Part shown: positions 26,801 to 40,259 of the stretch, piece by piece
Position numbering within the stretch: the first letter of the stretch is position 1
Layout of the letters: the number at the start of each line of letters is the position of its first letter
Origin: Phoronis australis
Taxonomy: Eukaryota; Animalia; Phoronida
Assembly: GCA_002633005.1 (NCBI GenBank)
Contig: NMRA01000396.1
Span: 50,615 to 114,614, forward strand
Direction of reading: 5' to 3'
DNA length: 64,000 bases
Program-made: the position numbers and the translations under genes
The notes under the pieces: generated by a model
Database searches by the model: none
What the model saw: the letters and a program-made list of their open reading frames with translations, nothing else
Told to the model about the DNA's origin: nothing

Positions 26801-27632
26801 CTAAATTTAGATATGAGACTTTTTATACCGTACATTTTGCAGAAAAACAAGCACGGAATTTGAAATTTACACTAAAATTGCATAAAAATCAGAATACAAC
26901 ACTGGATATTTTACTACCTCAAGTGTTTTCATGCAGCGGAATGCTCAACAAGCATCACGCATTTGCGCTCATCCGTTATTGCTCTTGATCACCACTTCAT
27001 CACGCTGTATATTGCGATTTACCACAGATAATTATTGCTTATTTCTGTATAATTTTTTAATATGTTGGTACAGCAATAGAACACAATTTTATTTCAGAAA
27101 CAACATAAACAATGGTTTGAACATAGCGCCGATATTAAATCATGGGCGCATGAAAACGGAAGACTGATCGGTTTATAGTGTCATCCATCATCCATCATCA
27201 TTCAGAAATTGTTGTCACTTTCGCAGTAAAACATCTTTTCGAAACTAGAGCCTTCCTATGTAGCCAGCTAGTTGCATGAAGACTATTTTCAAAATACAGC
27301 AAGGTGCCACTGCTTATTGAGACCAAACAGACCTCGATACTTCACACAGCCCGGATAGTTACTTTTGTCACCTCGTCGAAAAGCTTGTATCAACATGAGC
27401 TCAAGACTGGCGGGTGTGCATGCAAAATCTGGAAGTCAATTGGCATTCAAGTTGCCCTTTACGGCCGTTTAAGTGAGAAACATCCGACGTCATCTTCTTG
27501 CGTAATTCTCTGCCTTTTTAACGAAAAAAACGTATATCGTCGTTTTGAAAAAAGTTCATTGTGACACGCGCCACTTCCAAAATGTTTTCAACATCTCCCA
27601 TTAGATGATGAACACATCTCAGNNNNNNNNNN

Positions 27633-30600
27633 CGTACACCATTTATCACTTAGACGATGATCATCGATTGCGTTCAAACCTATTAGTTTATCCATACTTA
27701 GTCAAAAATACGGGTAATCAGCTCTATTATACATTACCCAACATGGATAAAAAACTGTCAGCGGGACATGGGGACATGTGTGGAGAAATTGCAAGGTCTT
27801 CAATTGAGTCAAAGGCTTTTTTAAGGAGTTCAACTAAACGTTTCGAGCCAGACTTGCAGCTGGATAAATTGGGCTATTCGACCCCATCGCTGCCGTACTG
27901 GTGGTGATTGAATTGCGCATGCGTCACGGTCTGCATGTAAACAGCTTGTAAAAAGACGGAATTGTTATGCAAATACGTCATCGTGCTCAACCTTATAATT
28001 GCTATTTTCCCAGGTGCAAATCTTCGACAGGTGGTCAAAAATTAAAAAAAAAAACTAAGGTTACTACAAGCGTGGAGAACTGCCGCCAAAATTGTCAACC
28101 AAGTAACAAAAAGTGGTGTGTGTGTGCTCTATGCATTTCCATTGAGGGACTACATAACCGCGTTACTCGGTAAGTTCTTAGCAATTGAGTTTCTATCGAA
28201 ATCGCTCGGTGATGTTATCTGCACCAGTTACCCCACTGAATAACGGTTTATACAATGGAACTAAGTGTTTCTCTTCAGAAACTCACCCGGGACCCGGATT
28301 TTAGGCTAGCAGCACATATCCACATATTGCCCTGGTATTTATACCAGATGCTTTTTGTTTTTATGCCACTGGGATCGAATGTCAATGGTCTATGGAAGCA
28401 CTTGTAAAAAAGGTCCAGTTTCGGCACATGGCTTTCCTTCATGTAACCTCATTTAGCCTCAGTAAAGTCCAAAATTAGATCCTTGAAGGTAAACACAACA
28501 TCATATCACTTGAATCGCTTTGTGCCCAAAATCTGAACCTGAACTAGGCCAGAGTATTACTAGGTCTTCTTTAGATTCAGTCTGTCATGTTTCTTCCAGG
28601 AAAAAAATAAGACATTGTTGTCTACACAAGACTCATTGCCTCTGAAAGGGCATCCACACCAATGAGGCTGGCTAGTGTAGCAGTCAGATATAGTTCCTCT
28701 TCACACACAAAAATCCGCTGGCACATTTTTGCATCGTAACTTAGTACTGCGATTCACATTTCTCCAGGGCCAATAGCTGGTATATAGTGCCATGTAGCAC
28801 TGCTGGCGTGTGGACGACATGCTGTGGGAAGAGAATGGAGTAACAAAGTTGTATATTTTGCAGCTTGAAGTGGCCTTAAAAATGTCACTGAACCTGGAAC
28901 AAATATTGAAAGGTGAATAATTAAGTACGTCACGTCGGGAAAAATGTTGCCATTTTTTAAAAAAATAAGATTTGGTCACTGCTTTAAAATTTCACACAAA
29001 CTTAAATAATCACTATTTCCAGAAAGCAAGGATGTATATAATATGTACATTGTATAGATTATTACATGGCGAAGTCATTATCCCCCGTTATTTAGAGCCC
29101 GAGTGGATTTTGGACAATTATCGCCCGAGGGGCACGAGAAGCATTGCAATGAATCGATTTACCTTTTTTGACTCTCCACGGCTTTGTAACTACGTTCTAT
29201 GTCAGAGGCCCGGGGTCGGAGGTCGTGACCTTTTAAGAAAAGCCGAGCTATTTTTGTCAAATAATGCTTATACTCAAAACCAATTGAAAACTTAAATATA
29301 ATAGAAATAAATCGAACTTATAAATTAAGGTTTAACAACTATTATAGCTTAAAACACTTTTTTTTCACGCTAAGCTTCGACCGGGAAATTATCGTCTGCT
29401 AAAGTAGGTTACCACTGGTAACTGAATATAATTCTCAAGTCAAAGATCCTGACCACACGATACCCGCATTCAAACTGGAGATCGGTGATTTACAAGTAAG
29501 AGGACATGAGAGAAAAATTTCACTGAATTAAGATATCATTTTTATGGAAATTATGTGTCTTATGTTTCGTAGCGTATAAGTACAGTACAATGCGGATTGT
29601 TGAACGTGCGATTATTGCGCGTGCTCATTTAAGTATTCTATTTTCACTCTTAATGACGTCAGTCGCTCCATGGTGTAGTGGTAAAGTCGGCGACCAGCAC
29701 TTACAGGGTCCCGGGTTCGACTCCGTCCTCGGTATGGGTTATTACACGGTTGTATCTGCCATTCGATGCTAATATTGTGGTATAATAAGTATTGATTTGT
29801 ATAGATCTGCGTCTTTAGTTTTTTATTCCCAGCCATAACAATGCTTTAAATGCATCACTTGTCTGCAAAATATGCAAGTTACTTGAGACAACTTCAAACC
29901 TGTGTTACCCATTTTCAAGCATGTTAATTTTTTATACTTTCAGCAATTATCAACACCGATTACAGATTCATGGGTCTTTCAAGCGCACTTCTGGTCTAAG
30001 GCTGAGGGAACCGTTTCTAAGGTGTTTTTTTATTTTTTCTAATAAAGGATATGAAAACTTGGGTTAATGATGGATAATTTTTCTATTGTTTAAGAGTAAT
30101 TAAAAATCCTATGGCACCATTGTTTGCATTTTGACAGTAAGAATACTATAATCAAACATGACCTCACTCGTATGTTAATACCAAAAATGTAATTTTTATC
30201 AAAAATGACAACCCTATGAATTTATAAATGACTTGCAACATATCAAGGCATGTGTTACGACTGTTCAGTTGTTGAAAATTCTGAGAATGAAATATATTTT
30301 CATGGGTTTAAAATGGTAGCAAAACAGTTTCATCAAACGTGAAAGAACTTCATGAAGTTTAAGAATTACCTCACCATGCTCTTTCCCCCGGACACTATTA
30401 CCTGTTATTTCCACACATTCAGTTGCACCAACTTTTACAACCCCGAACCCCTATGCCAATCTCACACTAAGGACGTGAATACGTAAATTAACAACAAAAC
30501 AACTTTCATACCTTTCTTTAAAAATAGCTGTCCCTTTTCAAAGGCTTTGTTTTTTGTCTCTGATATAGAGAGTAGGCTTTGACAACAGATATGCGCTGGA

Positions 30601-31456
30601 TAGGAAGATCTTTCTGTCTGCAGTCAACTGCTTCAAACCATTTTTTATTGCAGATGAGATGCATATCTCCTCTGCACGGTACTAGCCATCAAGCCTAAAA
30701 ACAAAAGGGCAGGTGAAAACAGACATGATATATTTCCATGTCACAAATAGGCAAAATATTTAGAGAACTTAGTTGAGTCCCTACTTGGGACTGTTTCATG
30801 CAACCCGGCACTGACATCCCGGACCAGAAAAGGTTTGATTAAACTCTCTGTGTGGTCTTTTAAGCACTCGAATTTCACTAAAAATAGAATACCATGCTGA
30901 ATGTATCATTTGCGACCTCAACTCTCTGGAACAACAATCTGTTTACTAATTTTACCACGATTATTCTTCTCGTTCTGATAACAACTACACAACAAGCCCT
31001 GTCTCACTTCAGACAACAATTTACTCTACCCAAGACTGCGGATTTTGTTTACCTTTGCCCCTGGACTTCAGGATCCTCCTCCTGCAAATATTGAGAGGCC
31101 TCAAAACTGCAGTCGGATCACCGGCTGCCTTGGCCTACGCTCTAGTAATCGCGGCTACGACGTCCGCCAACGTCCAATCATGACAGGGACCATCCGCCGG
31201 TCGAGCCCCCGGTATATTAAGATGCGCGCACCCAGCATAAAATATAGGGGGGCTCGAATTTTTCGCTATGCGGAACTTTTACTGAAAAATATCAGCGAGG
31301 ATTAAAAATAAGAAGAAAACGGGGCCACTCGGTTCAGGCCTACGAATTCCTGTGGACTTTGTGAATTGTGTTTCTCCTTTAGTAGGACTTTGTTCCACTA
31401 AGGCGGAGTTTTTGCTCAATTCGACAAATTGGGGGTGGGGGGGGGGGCTCGTTCGA
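27633..31456 (+). repeat. Gap-bounded direct duplicate of 23857-26346 + 31909-33200 (probable alternate haplotype)
   Basis: 27633-28335 ~ 23857-24565; 28336-28655 ~ 25793-26112; 29947-30172 ~ 26113-26346; 30173-31456 ~ 31911-33200. Roughly 90% or more identical by eye. N-runs at 27623-27632 and 31457-31590. Confidence 0.9.
29545..29790 (+). mobile_element. Repeat with internal tRNA-like Pol III promoter; second copy at ~37931-38195
   Basis: A box tggtgtagtgg (29671) and B box ggttcgactcc (29714). No pairing acceptor stem, so not a tRNA gene. 3' string atgggttattacacggttgtat...gctaatattgtggtata is shared with 38142-38192. Confidence 0.65.
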
Positions 31457-33329
31457 NNNNNNNNNNNNNNNNNNNNNNNNNNNNNNNNNNNNNNNNNNNN
31501 NNNNNNNNNNNNNNNNNNNNNNNNNNNNNNNNNNNNNNNNNNNNNNNNNNNNNNNNNNNNNNNNNNNNNNNNNNNNNNNNNNNNNNNNNNAACTAGGTTA
31601 ATTTATTTGACCCTGTGCTAAGACGAATATGCATCGACACGCAAAGTGGTATCAGCCTGACAACCTATTACGCAACTGCTACTCTAGCCTAAAAATAGCA
31701 GTCGACCAGCTGGTCGGCTGATGGCCGGTCGGCTGAAGGGTCAGCTGAAGGGTCGGCTGGGGAGTCGCCTTATGAGTCGGCACTGCGGGCGGCTGCCGCT
31801 GGGGGTCGGCTAATTTTTAGCCGACCGGTCGGCAAATTAGACGACCGGTCGACGGCTAGTCGTCGACCAATTAACGACCGGGCGGCCAAAAATTCGTGAT
31901 GTGTGCTGTATGTTCACACCAAAAATGCAATTTTTAAAAAAGTGACAACCATGTGAATTTATAAATGACTTGCAACATATCAAGGCACGTGTTAAGACTG
32001 TTCAGTTATTGAGAATTCTGAGAATGAAATATATTTCTACGGGTTTAAAATGGTTGCAAAACAGTTTCATCAAACGTGAAAGAACTTCATGAAGTTTAAG
32101 AATTACCTCACCATGCTCTATATGCCGGACACTATTACCTGTTATTTCCACACATTCAGTTGCACCAACTTTTACATCCCAAACCCCTATGCCAATCTCC
32201 CACTAAGGACGTGAATAACTAAATTAACAAAACAACTTACATACCTTTCTTTAAAAATAGCTGTTCCTTTTCAAAGGCTTTGTTTTTTGTCTCTGATATA
32301 GAAAGTAGGCTTTGACAACAGATCTGTACTGCAAAGGAAGATCTTTCTGCCTGCAGTCAACAGCTTAAAACCAATTTTTTTTGCAGATGAGATGCATATC
32401 TCCTGTGCACGGTACTAGCCCTTAAGGATAAAAAAGACAGTTGAAAACAGACATGATATATTTCCATGTCACAAAATATTTAGAGAACTTAGTTGAGTCC
32501 CTACTTGGGACTGTTTCATGCAACCCGACACTGGCATCCCTGACCAGAAAAAGGTTTGATTAAACTCTCTCTGTGGTCTTTTAAGCACCCAAATTCCGCT
32601 AAAAATAGAATACTATGCTGAATGTATCATTTGCGACCTCAACTCTATGGAGCAACAATCTCTTTAATAATTTTACCACAATTATTCTTCTCGCTCTGAT
32701 AACAACTACACAAGCCCTGTCTCACTTCAGACAACAATTTACTCTACCCATGAGTGCGGATTTTGTTTACCTTTACCCCTGGACTTCAGGATCCTCCTGC
32801 TGCAAATATTGCAACGCATCCCCGCAACAATATCATCCGGTAAAGGAGGTCTCAAAACTGCAGTCGGATCACCGGCCGCCTTGGCCTACGCTCTAGTAAT
32901 CGCCGCTACGCCGTCCGCCAACGTCCAATCATGACTGGGATCATCCGCTGGTCGAGCCCCCGGTATATTAAGATTCGCGCACCCAGCATAAAATATAGGG
33001 GGGCTCTAATTTTTCGCTATGCGGACCTTTTACTGAAAAATATCAGCGAGGATTAAAGATAAGAAGAAAACGGGGCCACTAGGTTCAGGCCTACGAATTC
33101 CTGTGGACTTTGTGATTTTTTTTCTCCTTTACTAGGACTTGTTGTTTCACTAAGGAGGAATATTTGCTCAATTCGTCAAATTGAGGGGGGAGGGTCGTTC
33201 TAGGTCTCTAAGCCCCCCCCTCATTGCGCCCACGATTAACTCACAAACAGGTGCTTGCATACATGCATGTATTACCTGAACACTACCTCTGAGGTAAATG
33301 TATGGGTGTCAATGTAAATATTAGCTGCG

Positions 33330-34600
33330 AGGAACTTCTCTAATAGGCGTGTCATCAATAAGTGTACCTACATGCACATGTGCATGTTGTGACCGTGATT
33401 TCTACTGTGTCAGTTACCTGATCTGCCCTTCACCACTTCCGAACCTGCAAACGCCATCTTATCCGACTGAACTTTGCAAGGATATCTCCTTCCCACTTGC
33501 CAACGTGATGCCGCCCCTAAAAGCATCATCTCCGGCTGCCACTTTTCAGCTAACCTTATAACATGTCGAAAAGTTTGAGCTATCGCAACATTCAAAACAG
33601 CGTCGGCGGCTCTCGTTTCTGTATTCTGGCGCGCCATGTTTCTTACAGTTGGCACAGTGCTGTGAATTGCTGGACTTGCCTAGCGCATCCGTATTGGGCT
33701 CAGGCTGCTAAGGCTTGTCATTCTGTTTCCCATTTCTTTCCCAGACTATTATCCGAGGAAAGTACAGCCTCTATCGCGAAGATACCGCTCAGCAGATTCG
33801 ACAAGTTCATCAATATCACCCGACTTTCTCTTTATTATAACCACCTTAACCACGATTGCAAATATTAATAATTCTTCCTCTTAAAATTAAGTCACCCTGT
33901 CCTTCAAAACTTATAGGTGTTCACTCTAGCCCCAGCCACCTATATAAGTAGCGGAAAAGTCTTACAACAAATTGGTAGGGAAATTCACCCTTAGGCTTAC
34001 TAATCCGTAAGCTACGCCTATATTCATTAGCTGACAGATGGTTTCTTTTCGAGAGCGCAGCTTTTACCTTATAGTCCTGAGCATCAAATAATGAAATTTG
34101 GGCGAAACATCAAGGGTGTGTCCTGAGGTTAACGCACTAATATTTATAACCAGCTCTGTTCTATCACGCGTCATAACTTCAAAAAAAAAACACTCAAGTC
34201 GTTCGAGGTAAGCATCTACATGGGTTTCACCGTCCTCAAAAGCGAAAGTTTTAGTCTACGCGCACGCACTCTACCACCAGTTTGACTAGTGTTATCTTAA
34301 CTTCACTTTGCTCCGAACGACTTTGTTTCTGAAACTCAAAAGCTCCGCTATGCCGTCTCAGTCAAACTCACGATGACGTTCACTCTTTTTGGGCTGCTTG
34401 TCCGCCTCAGCAATAACACACTCCTCATTCTCACGTTCCCGCTCAGGTTCTATACACTGCTCTCTGTTCCTGTCCTGTTCCTTTCTAATAAACCTTTGCA
34501 AGTCAAATCCATCCAACCAAATCTGTTTATCCTGCTGAACTAGCTCCGCCAATCAACCCATGCTGGAAATGGAAATAACTTCAAAGCAAATAGATTCCGA
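33330..34600 (-). mobile_element. Gypsy-type LTR retrotransposon gag remnant
   Basis: Minus frames give LDGFDLQRFIRKEQDRNRE (charged coil), FEDGETHVDAYLERLE, and DYKVKAALSKRNHLSANEYRR...QFVVRLFRYLYRWL, typical of SCAN-related Gypsy gag. Stops and frameshifts present. Confidence 0.7.
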
Positions 34601-35048
34601 CAAACCACAGGCTCACACAGGTGACTACAGTCACAGATTAGCCACGCAGCTGTAAAATGGAATCATGTCACAAAGACAATGGATCTGGGAAAACAATCAC
34701 ACGGATCAGCATTTTGAATCAAATTTCGTAGTCACACAGAACACCCGACTACTGTGTAGAATATCGGTCCGTCACACAGTTTACCCACATGCGCAGCAAC
34801 ACTTGTGCCTCTACCACACAGGTTACCACGGAACGGTGTCCCACGTCCTGCAGTCTACAGCAATCCAGTCCACCCTATGAGCTAGAACTCGTGAAAGTAT
34901 ACATCACAACGCTGGCATACTAGTGACTGTAAAATGTCAAGTCGTCACAAGACCAAATGATATGAACAGACCAACTCCCTAGAATTCACCAGAAACGACC
35001 ACGTACTAAACCCCTGATACCGGTACTTATTATACATCTTACTACCAT

Positions 35049-35196
35049 CAGGGGCAGATCCAGGATTTTGAGTTGGGGGGCGGCAGGGAACGGTGTTGGC
35101 CAGGATTTTGCCCATCAGACATTCGCACCCCTGAACTATCAAACAGAATTCTAGGGGGTGCCATGGCTCCCTTGCCCCCCTGTAAATCCAACTCTG
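35049..35196. mobile_element. Short MITE-like element
   Basis: caggggcagatcca...taaatccaactctg imperfect inverted ends, flanked by accat/atcat. Confidence 0.5.
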
Positions 35197-38100
35197 ATCA
35201 TTCAGCCGATTTCATAAAGATGGTTTAAAGTTAAACATGGTTTAAAGCATGCGCACACACAGGGGGCCTCTAACGAACCCCCTTATTCCTCTAGGAGTGT
35301 TTAAATCTAAGCGACCAGCAAAATTGTGCATCGTATTTTCGTACAAAAACTGTCGTTTTGGATTAACTAATCCGTAAATGGATTCCAAGGGCGTTTCTGT
35401 CAAAGTAGACTTTTTGCTAATTTCTCCTTGAGTTAGATAACTGAAACTTTGCATAGGAATGACAGCAAACGTTGTAGCACTTGTCGCTGCTTACAAGGTT
35501 TTTCGTGTGTTGACTCCATGCTCGAGGGATGTTTTTCATAGAGCAGCACGGTGCGGTTTGTAAAGATGCGTCAAATTGCCGGAAGATATTTCCAGTATCT
35601 GCAACAAAAGCCTGTGAATTCATTGTTGTAAGACTTTTTTCAATAAGACGTTCTTGTTCGCTCAAACAGACCCTTTCTTAGACACCAATTTGAGTTCAGT
35701 TTTTCTCAGGATTATGATTTATCTCCACCTCCAAACTTTGAAGCTTTCCCATACACTCGTATTCTTGGAACGTACTTGGGTTATCTTAAGTCTGTACTCT
35801 TCAGCATTACAGACATTATTACACACCTCCTCATCGTATTAAATGCAACAAGGATAGGGAAAACCGCTGGCACGCTGCCAAACATTATTAAAAACCCATC
35901 ATCAGCATAGGCTTAATTTGACGGTCTCCTAAATTTGAAGTTCCTGCCTCTATGTGAAAAACGTAGTAACAAAAAACTGGGGCCTGTTTCGAGAAAATTA
36001 TTCTGTATTTGTAGTTTTGTTTTTATTAATGAATGGGGCTTACTGTAAATAAACTTGGTCTGTTAAACCCAATCTTTACAATCCAGCTATCATTCATATT
36101 GCATGCGTATTGTGATGCGTACAGTAATAATCTGAAGTTACCTAATCCTGGATATAAGCCAATGGGTTCATACCTGTAGGTGAAATTCTGCATTTTGAGG
36201 AGACCTTGATAACATGTAACAAAAATCAAGCCGTTTTTGATCTTGCTATACATTCATGGCGTACGGAATTACCAGTGTGCTGGATTTTACAGTGAAACGT
36301 TCAGCTGTGAAAAGTATTTCTTAGACTTACTGCCTACATAATTATAATGTGCTATGGTTTTCAGTTAGGCTTTCCTATTGACAATTTTCTGTAAATGTTC
36401 GACAAAGTACAGTTATCACAGGGCAACATCTGTCTGAAAAAGCGAACAGTACGTTACTTCAGGACACAGAGACTTCTGCGCACAGATCTAGGAAGCCATA
36501 TCTATGTGTATTCTCTTCTAACAGTTGCGCATTCTATGCTTCCTCCAAAAATGTTTACCTTGCATGGATATATTTGTTCACTCGCCTTGCCCCTGCACAT
36601 CATCAATTTATACATTATGAATTCAAATTACCAAGTGTCAGCATTCAGTCGATCATCGCAAAATTTGATTTTTTTACAAGAATCATGGCTGTCAACAAAT
36701 GACATAGTGGTGTTGGACTAGTTATGTACACTTACGTACATCAAGAAAGATTTCCGTGTTAATTAAATATATATGTCAAAAATTTCAAAAGGTACGATCG
36801 CTTGTTATCTCAAGTCAGGATCTTGAAACACGCAGCTACTGCAAAAACATACTTTAATTTCAAACACACACATGCAATTATTTTCAGATTATCTTACGGA
36901 TGTCATTGTTCAATCAAAGTAAAGACAACAAAGACCTTGTAAGCGGCGATCTCAACATTGTTGTGTGAAAAATTAATAACTGCCGTAAGATGTCTTTGAC
37001 ATCTGAGTTGTTATTGTACTTCAAATAAAGATCATATATCCTATGAAACTCAAGAACATCTTGTGAGCACCAATAATTGATTACATGTATCCAACACAAA
37101 GATATCTAGCATTTGCATACATTGATGGAATCGGCCCGCTGTTACCCGGTACCTACTGTGTATTTTCCCTGACCCTACATGCATCCTCCCCAACCAATGT
37201 TTCCCCGCTAATATGTTCCCCAGTCCCCAATATCATTTTGTCCCTATATCCCCCCGGCCTACATATTTCCCGTACTCGTTTATTTAATATCTGCCTTTGA
37301 GGGTGACATTTGCACGACAAGTAAGTACAAAAACATTTAACTTTATTGGCAATCACAACACTTCATACTTGTTACATATATGACAATACTGGCCTTAAAA
37401 TAATTATGCCAGCAGAACACAACTTCACAATTCAGAATAATTCACACTATGCTCATCATATTAAACGAATAACGCGGACACCTTTATACGTAATGAAATT
37501 GAGTATAGACTTTAAGCTTAACGTTTCTTTAAAGTGGTTTGGAAATTCGTCATCCCCAGTTTGAATAAATACACGTGTCAAATAAATGTTTTGTTGAATC
37601 TCAACGAAATGAGCCCATCTAGTTTTGCAGTGTGTGTATCAGCAGAAATATCTTGGTTTTCTCTGACTGTAATTTCAAGGTACTTAAAAACAAATAAGGC
37701 ATTCTGTAATAGAAACGTGAGCATCTAATACACTTAACACCTAACTGCCCTTAATTCGGTAAATTCACAACAGCCTAAATGATCGCGTGGCGTAGGCTAC
37801 ACGGGACTACACGTAGTAGCTCGTATGTTATGGTGATGGTCTATTTCCACCAGCCTTTCGAATTTTTACATTGGTACGACGTTTTATTCGGCCATTCCAA
37901 CAAGTGCTCACGGATCGCCTCTTATTGCCCCATGGATTGCGTCTTATTTTTCATAGCGTATAGATGTCGGTACAATGCCCCTTTTCTGAGCATGTGATTG
38001 CTGCGCGTGCTCATTTATGTATTCTATTTTCGCATTCGATGACGTCTGCCGCTGAGTGGTGTAGTGGTAAACTCTTGCGGTCCGGGTTTGACAATGGCCT

Positions 38101-38977
38101 CGGTTCCCGCTCAAATGTTATCTCACTAGTGAGATAACTAAATGGGTTATTACACGGTTGTATTGGCCATTCGAGGCTAATATTGTGGTATAAAATAATC
38201 TATTGTCAGTATCAGTGAAAAATATGTATACGTATCTGTCACTAAGCAACTAAAAGATACAGTGTACATTCATGTTATTGTCGGTCAGAAATAACTAAAT
38301 AAATGTCACCGTCAATGCCAGAACAACTTTCAATAGCAAATGGACATGTTCAACAAGGTTACTAATGCAAACTAATTCATTTGCTATGTCACTCTAGGTA
38401 CGAGAACTTGTATAGTCAGTGTTGTGTAAAATTAATGACAGTCCCGGAGTATTCTACGTTGTTGACAAAAGACCCGAAAACGCACATTTTTAGAACGTGC
38501 AAAGTGCCACATACAGTATAACAAAAATGACGAAATAAGTCCACTTACAAATACACATTTCTAGGCCTACCCGATCCAGGTTATAAAGAACAAGCAAAAA
38601 AATCGCAGTAGACAAAGGCAAGCTAAATTAAAGAATTCCCACCATGACCCTGTGTCTCAAAAAGGAATTTTATTATTTCATCTTAACAGATTTAATGGCC
38701 TTTAATACACCTGTTGCTACGAAACAATAAAAAAAAATTAAAAATATATTTTCCTGTTATCGAGTTTTTACCCAATGGGTGGAAAACCGCCTCAGCCGTT
38801 GTTGTTTTACCAGTGCTATACTGATGAGTTGTGAAGAAAGTCCGCGTGGAGCCGTCTTTTTCAGACATGAAAAGGTGCGTTTGTGGAAACTGTGGTAACA
38901 ACAACTTGACTGTGAACGTCTTAGTGTTCAAATTGCTTAAATATGTGAAAGTTGCACAAAAATGGCATCGGTTTGTC

Positions 38978-39123
38978 ATGGGCGGCGCACCATAGGGGCC
39001 TAGGGTAGGGCTATAGCCCCCCACTTTTTCAGGGCTAAGCCGCCCATGGTCTATAGGCGGTGCAACGCAGGAGGGCTGGGGAGGGGATTTAGCCCCCACT
39101 TTTTCAGTGCTGCGCCACCCATG
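38978..39123. mobile_element. Short MITE-like element
   Basis: TIR catgggcggcgca...tgcgccacccatg, internal repeat tagccccc(c)actttttcag twice, flanks tttgt/attgt. Confidence 0.65.
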
Positions 39124-40259
39124 ATTGTGCGTCGAACAAGAGTGTCAATGTGGAACATGAGATTCAGTTTGGCGTAAGCCACACTTTGGTCGGCATATTT
39201 CAAAGAATCGTGTTTCGACCACACACACAAGCGGCGTTACAATGAAGGACTCACCACCAAGTAAGTGCATTTGCAAATTTTGTAAATAACGAACAAACTG
39301 CTTCCATTCTAGGGGGAGTGATGCCAGGCCGGCCATGGACCCCCACCCAGATCGAGTGCTACTACAAGTAGGCTTATGTACATTGTGTTTAGACTGTGCT
39401 CATTCCATCACGGCAATAGTGAATACGAGTAACCTAGGTGACATTTGTCAGTAATTATTAAGTGTCTATTTTGTGAGTAGTGACCACCACTTGGTAGAGT
39501 TGGTTGTGGCGAAAGTTCGCTAAATGGGAAATCGAATTCATTGTCCGATTCTTCAAGTACTTGAGTATACATGTAAGTGCCTGTATCCACTCTACTCTCT
39601 GTCTGCACAATAATTGTCCAATTCTCGCCTAATATTGTCATTGTCTTCTGACCTGCAGTGTTCCGACATTGCAAATGATTGTCAAGCGACCAACTGTCTT
39701 CCACCCATTGCATCATTTGGCGGGAAACTTAGGAATAAGTAAAAAAATATTTTTTTTTTCAAAATTAAAAAAGTTGCCACTATTTGGCATAAAAAGTGCC
39801 TATTTAGCAAGATTTTATGGTATACGATTCTAACTGAAACCTGAAAAAGTAAGAAAATGCATGGTGGGAACTCTTTAGCCCACTGAAAACGAGCACATTT
39901 TTGCTCAATCTCGCCGGAAAATTTGCAAAAAAACTGAAATTTAAAAAGGAAATGCACCTTCACTACGTGACCTTGTTTATATCTTGAACTCTGTGACACA
40001 ATGCAGAGAGAGACACTTTTATTTACATTAAATTGTTATAATACAATGATTAAAAATTTGATTTCAATTAGGAGACCTTCTAAAGGATATTGGCCGCTAA
40101 TAAGAAAGTCCCCTGTACAAGATGAATCAATGGAAAAACACAAATCAGTAGGAATAGGTGAGGAAGCCATATACATATATATAACATACTTAAGAAAACA
40201 AAGTGAATTAGGGCTGAAAACGACCGACACGTCAGGAACCAAGACGTGGACTGGCACAG

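Larger units (their letters stand above)
26347..31908. mobile_element. TIR DNA transposon (probably non-autonomous) with TA target duplication; span inflated by two gaps and a duplicated block
   Basis: ~70-bp TIRs ta|cagcacacatcacgaatttttggccg... and ...cggccaaaaattcgtgatgtgtgctg|ta, with gtcgac/gccgac subterminal repeats. The empty site cactcg-ta-tgtt is at 30165-30176. No transposase seen. Confidence 0.85.

Noticed and set aside
29662-29733. tRNA gene
   Set aside because: A and B boxes are present but the acceptor and anticodon stems do not pair convincingly, and it is part of a dispersed repeat.
30894-31094. Duplicated ORF MLNVSFATSTLW... (also 32615-32896) as a secreted peptide gene
   Set aside because: The duplication is explained by the haplotype block, the copies differ by a frame-changing indel, and no domain is recognisable.
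39408-39716. Ig-like DTGTY motif in a 102-aa ORF
   Set aside because: The required Cys is absent, the motif overlaps tacatgta (very common in this window), and there is no exon context.
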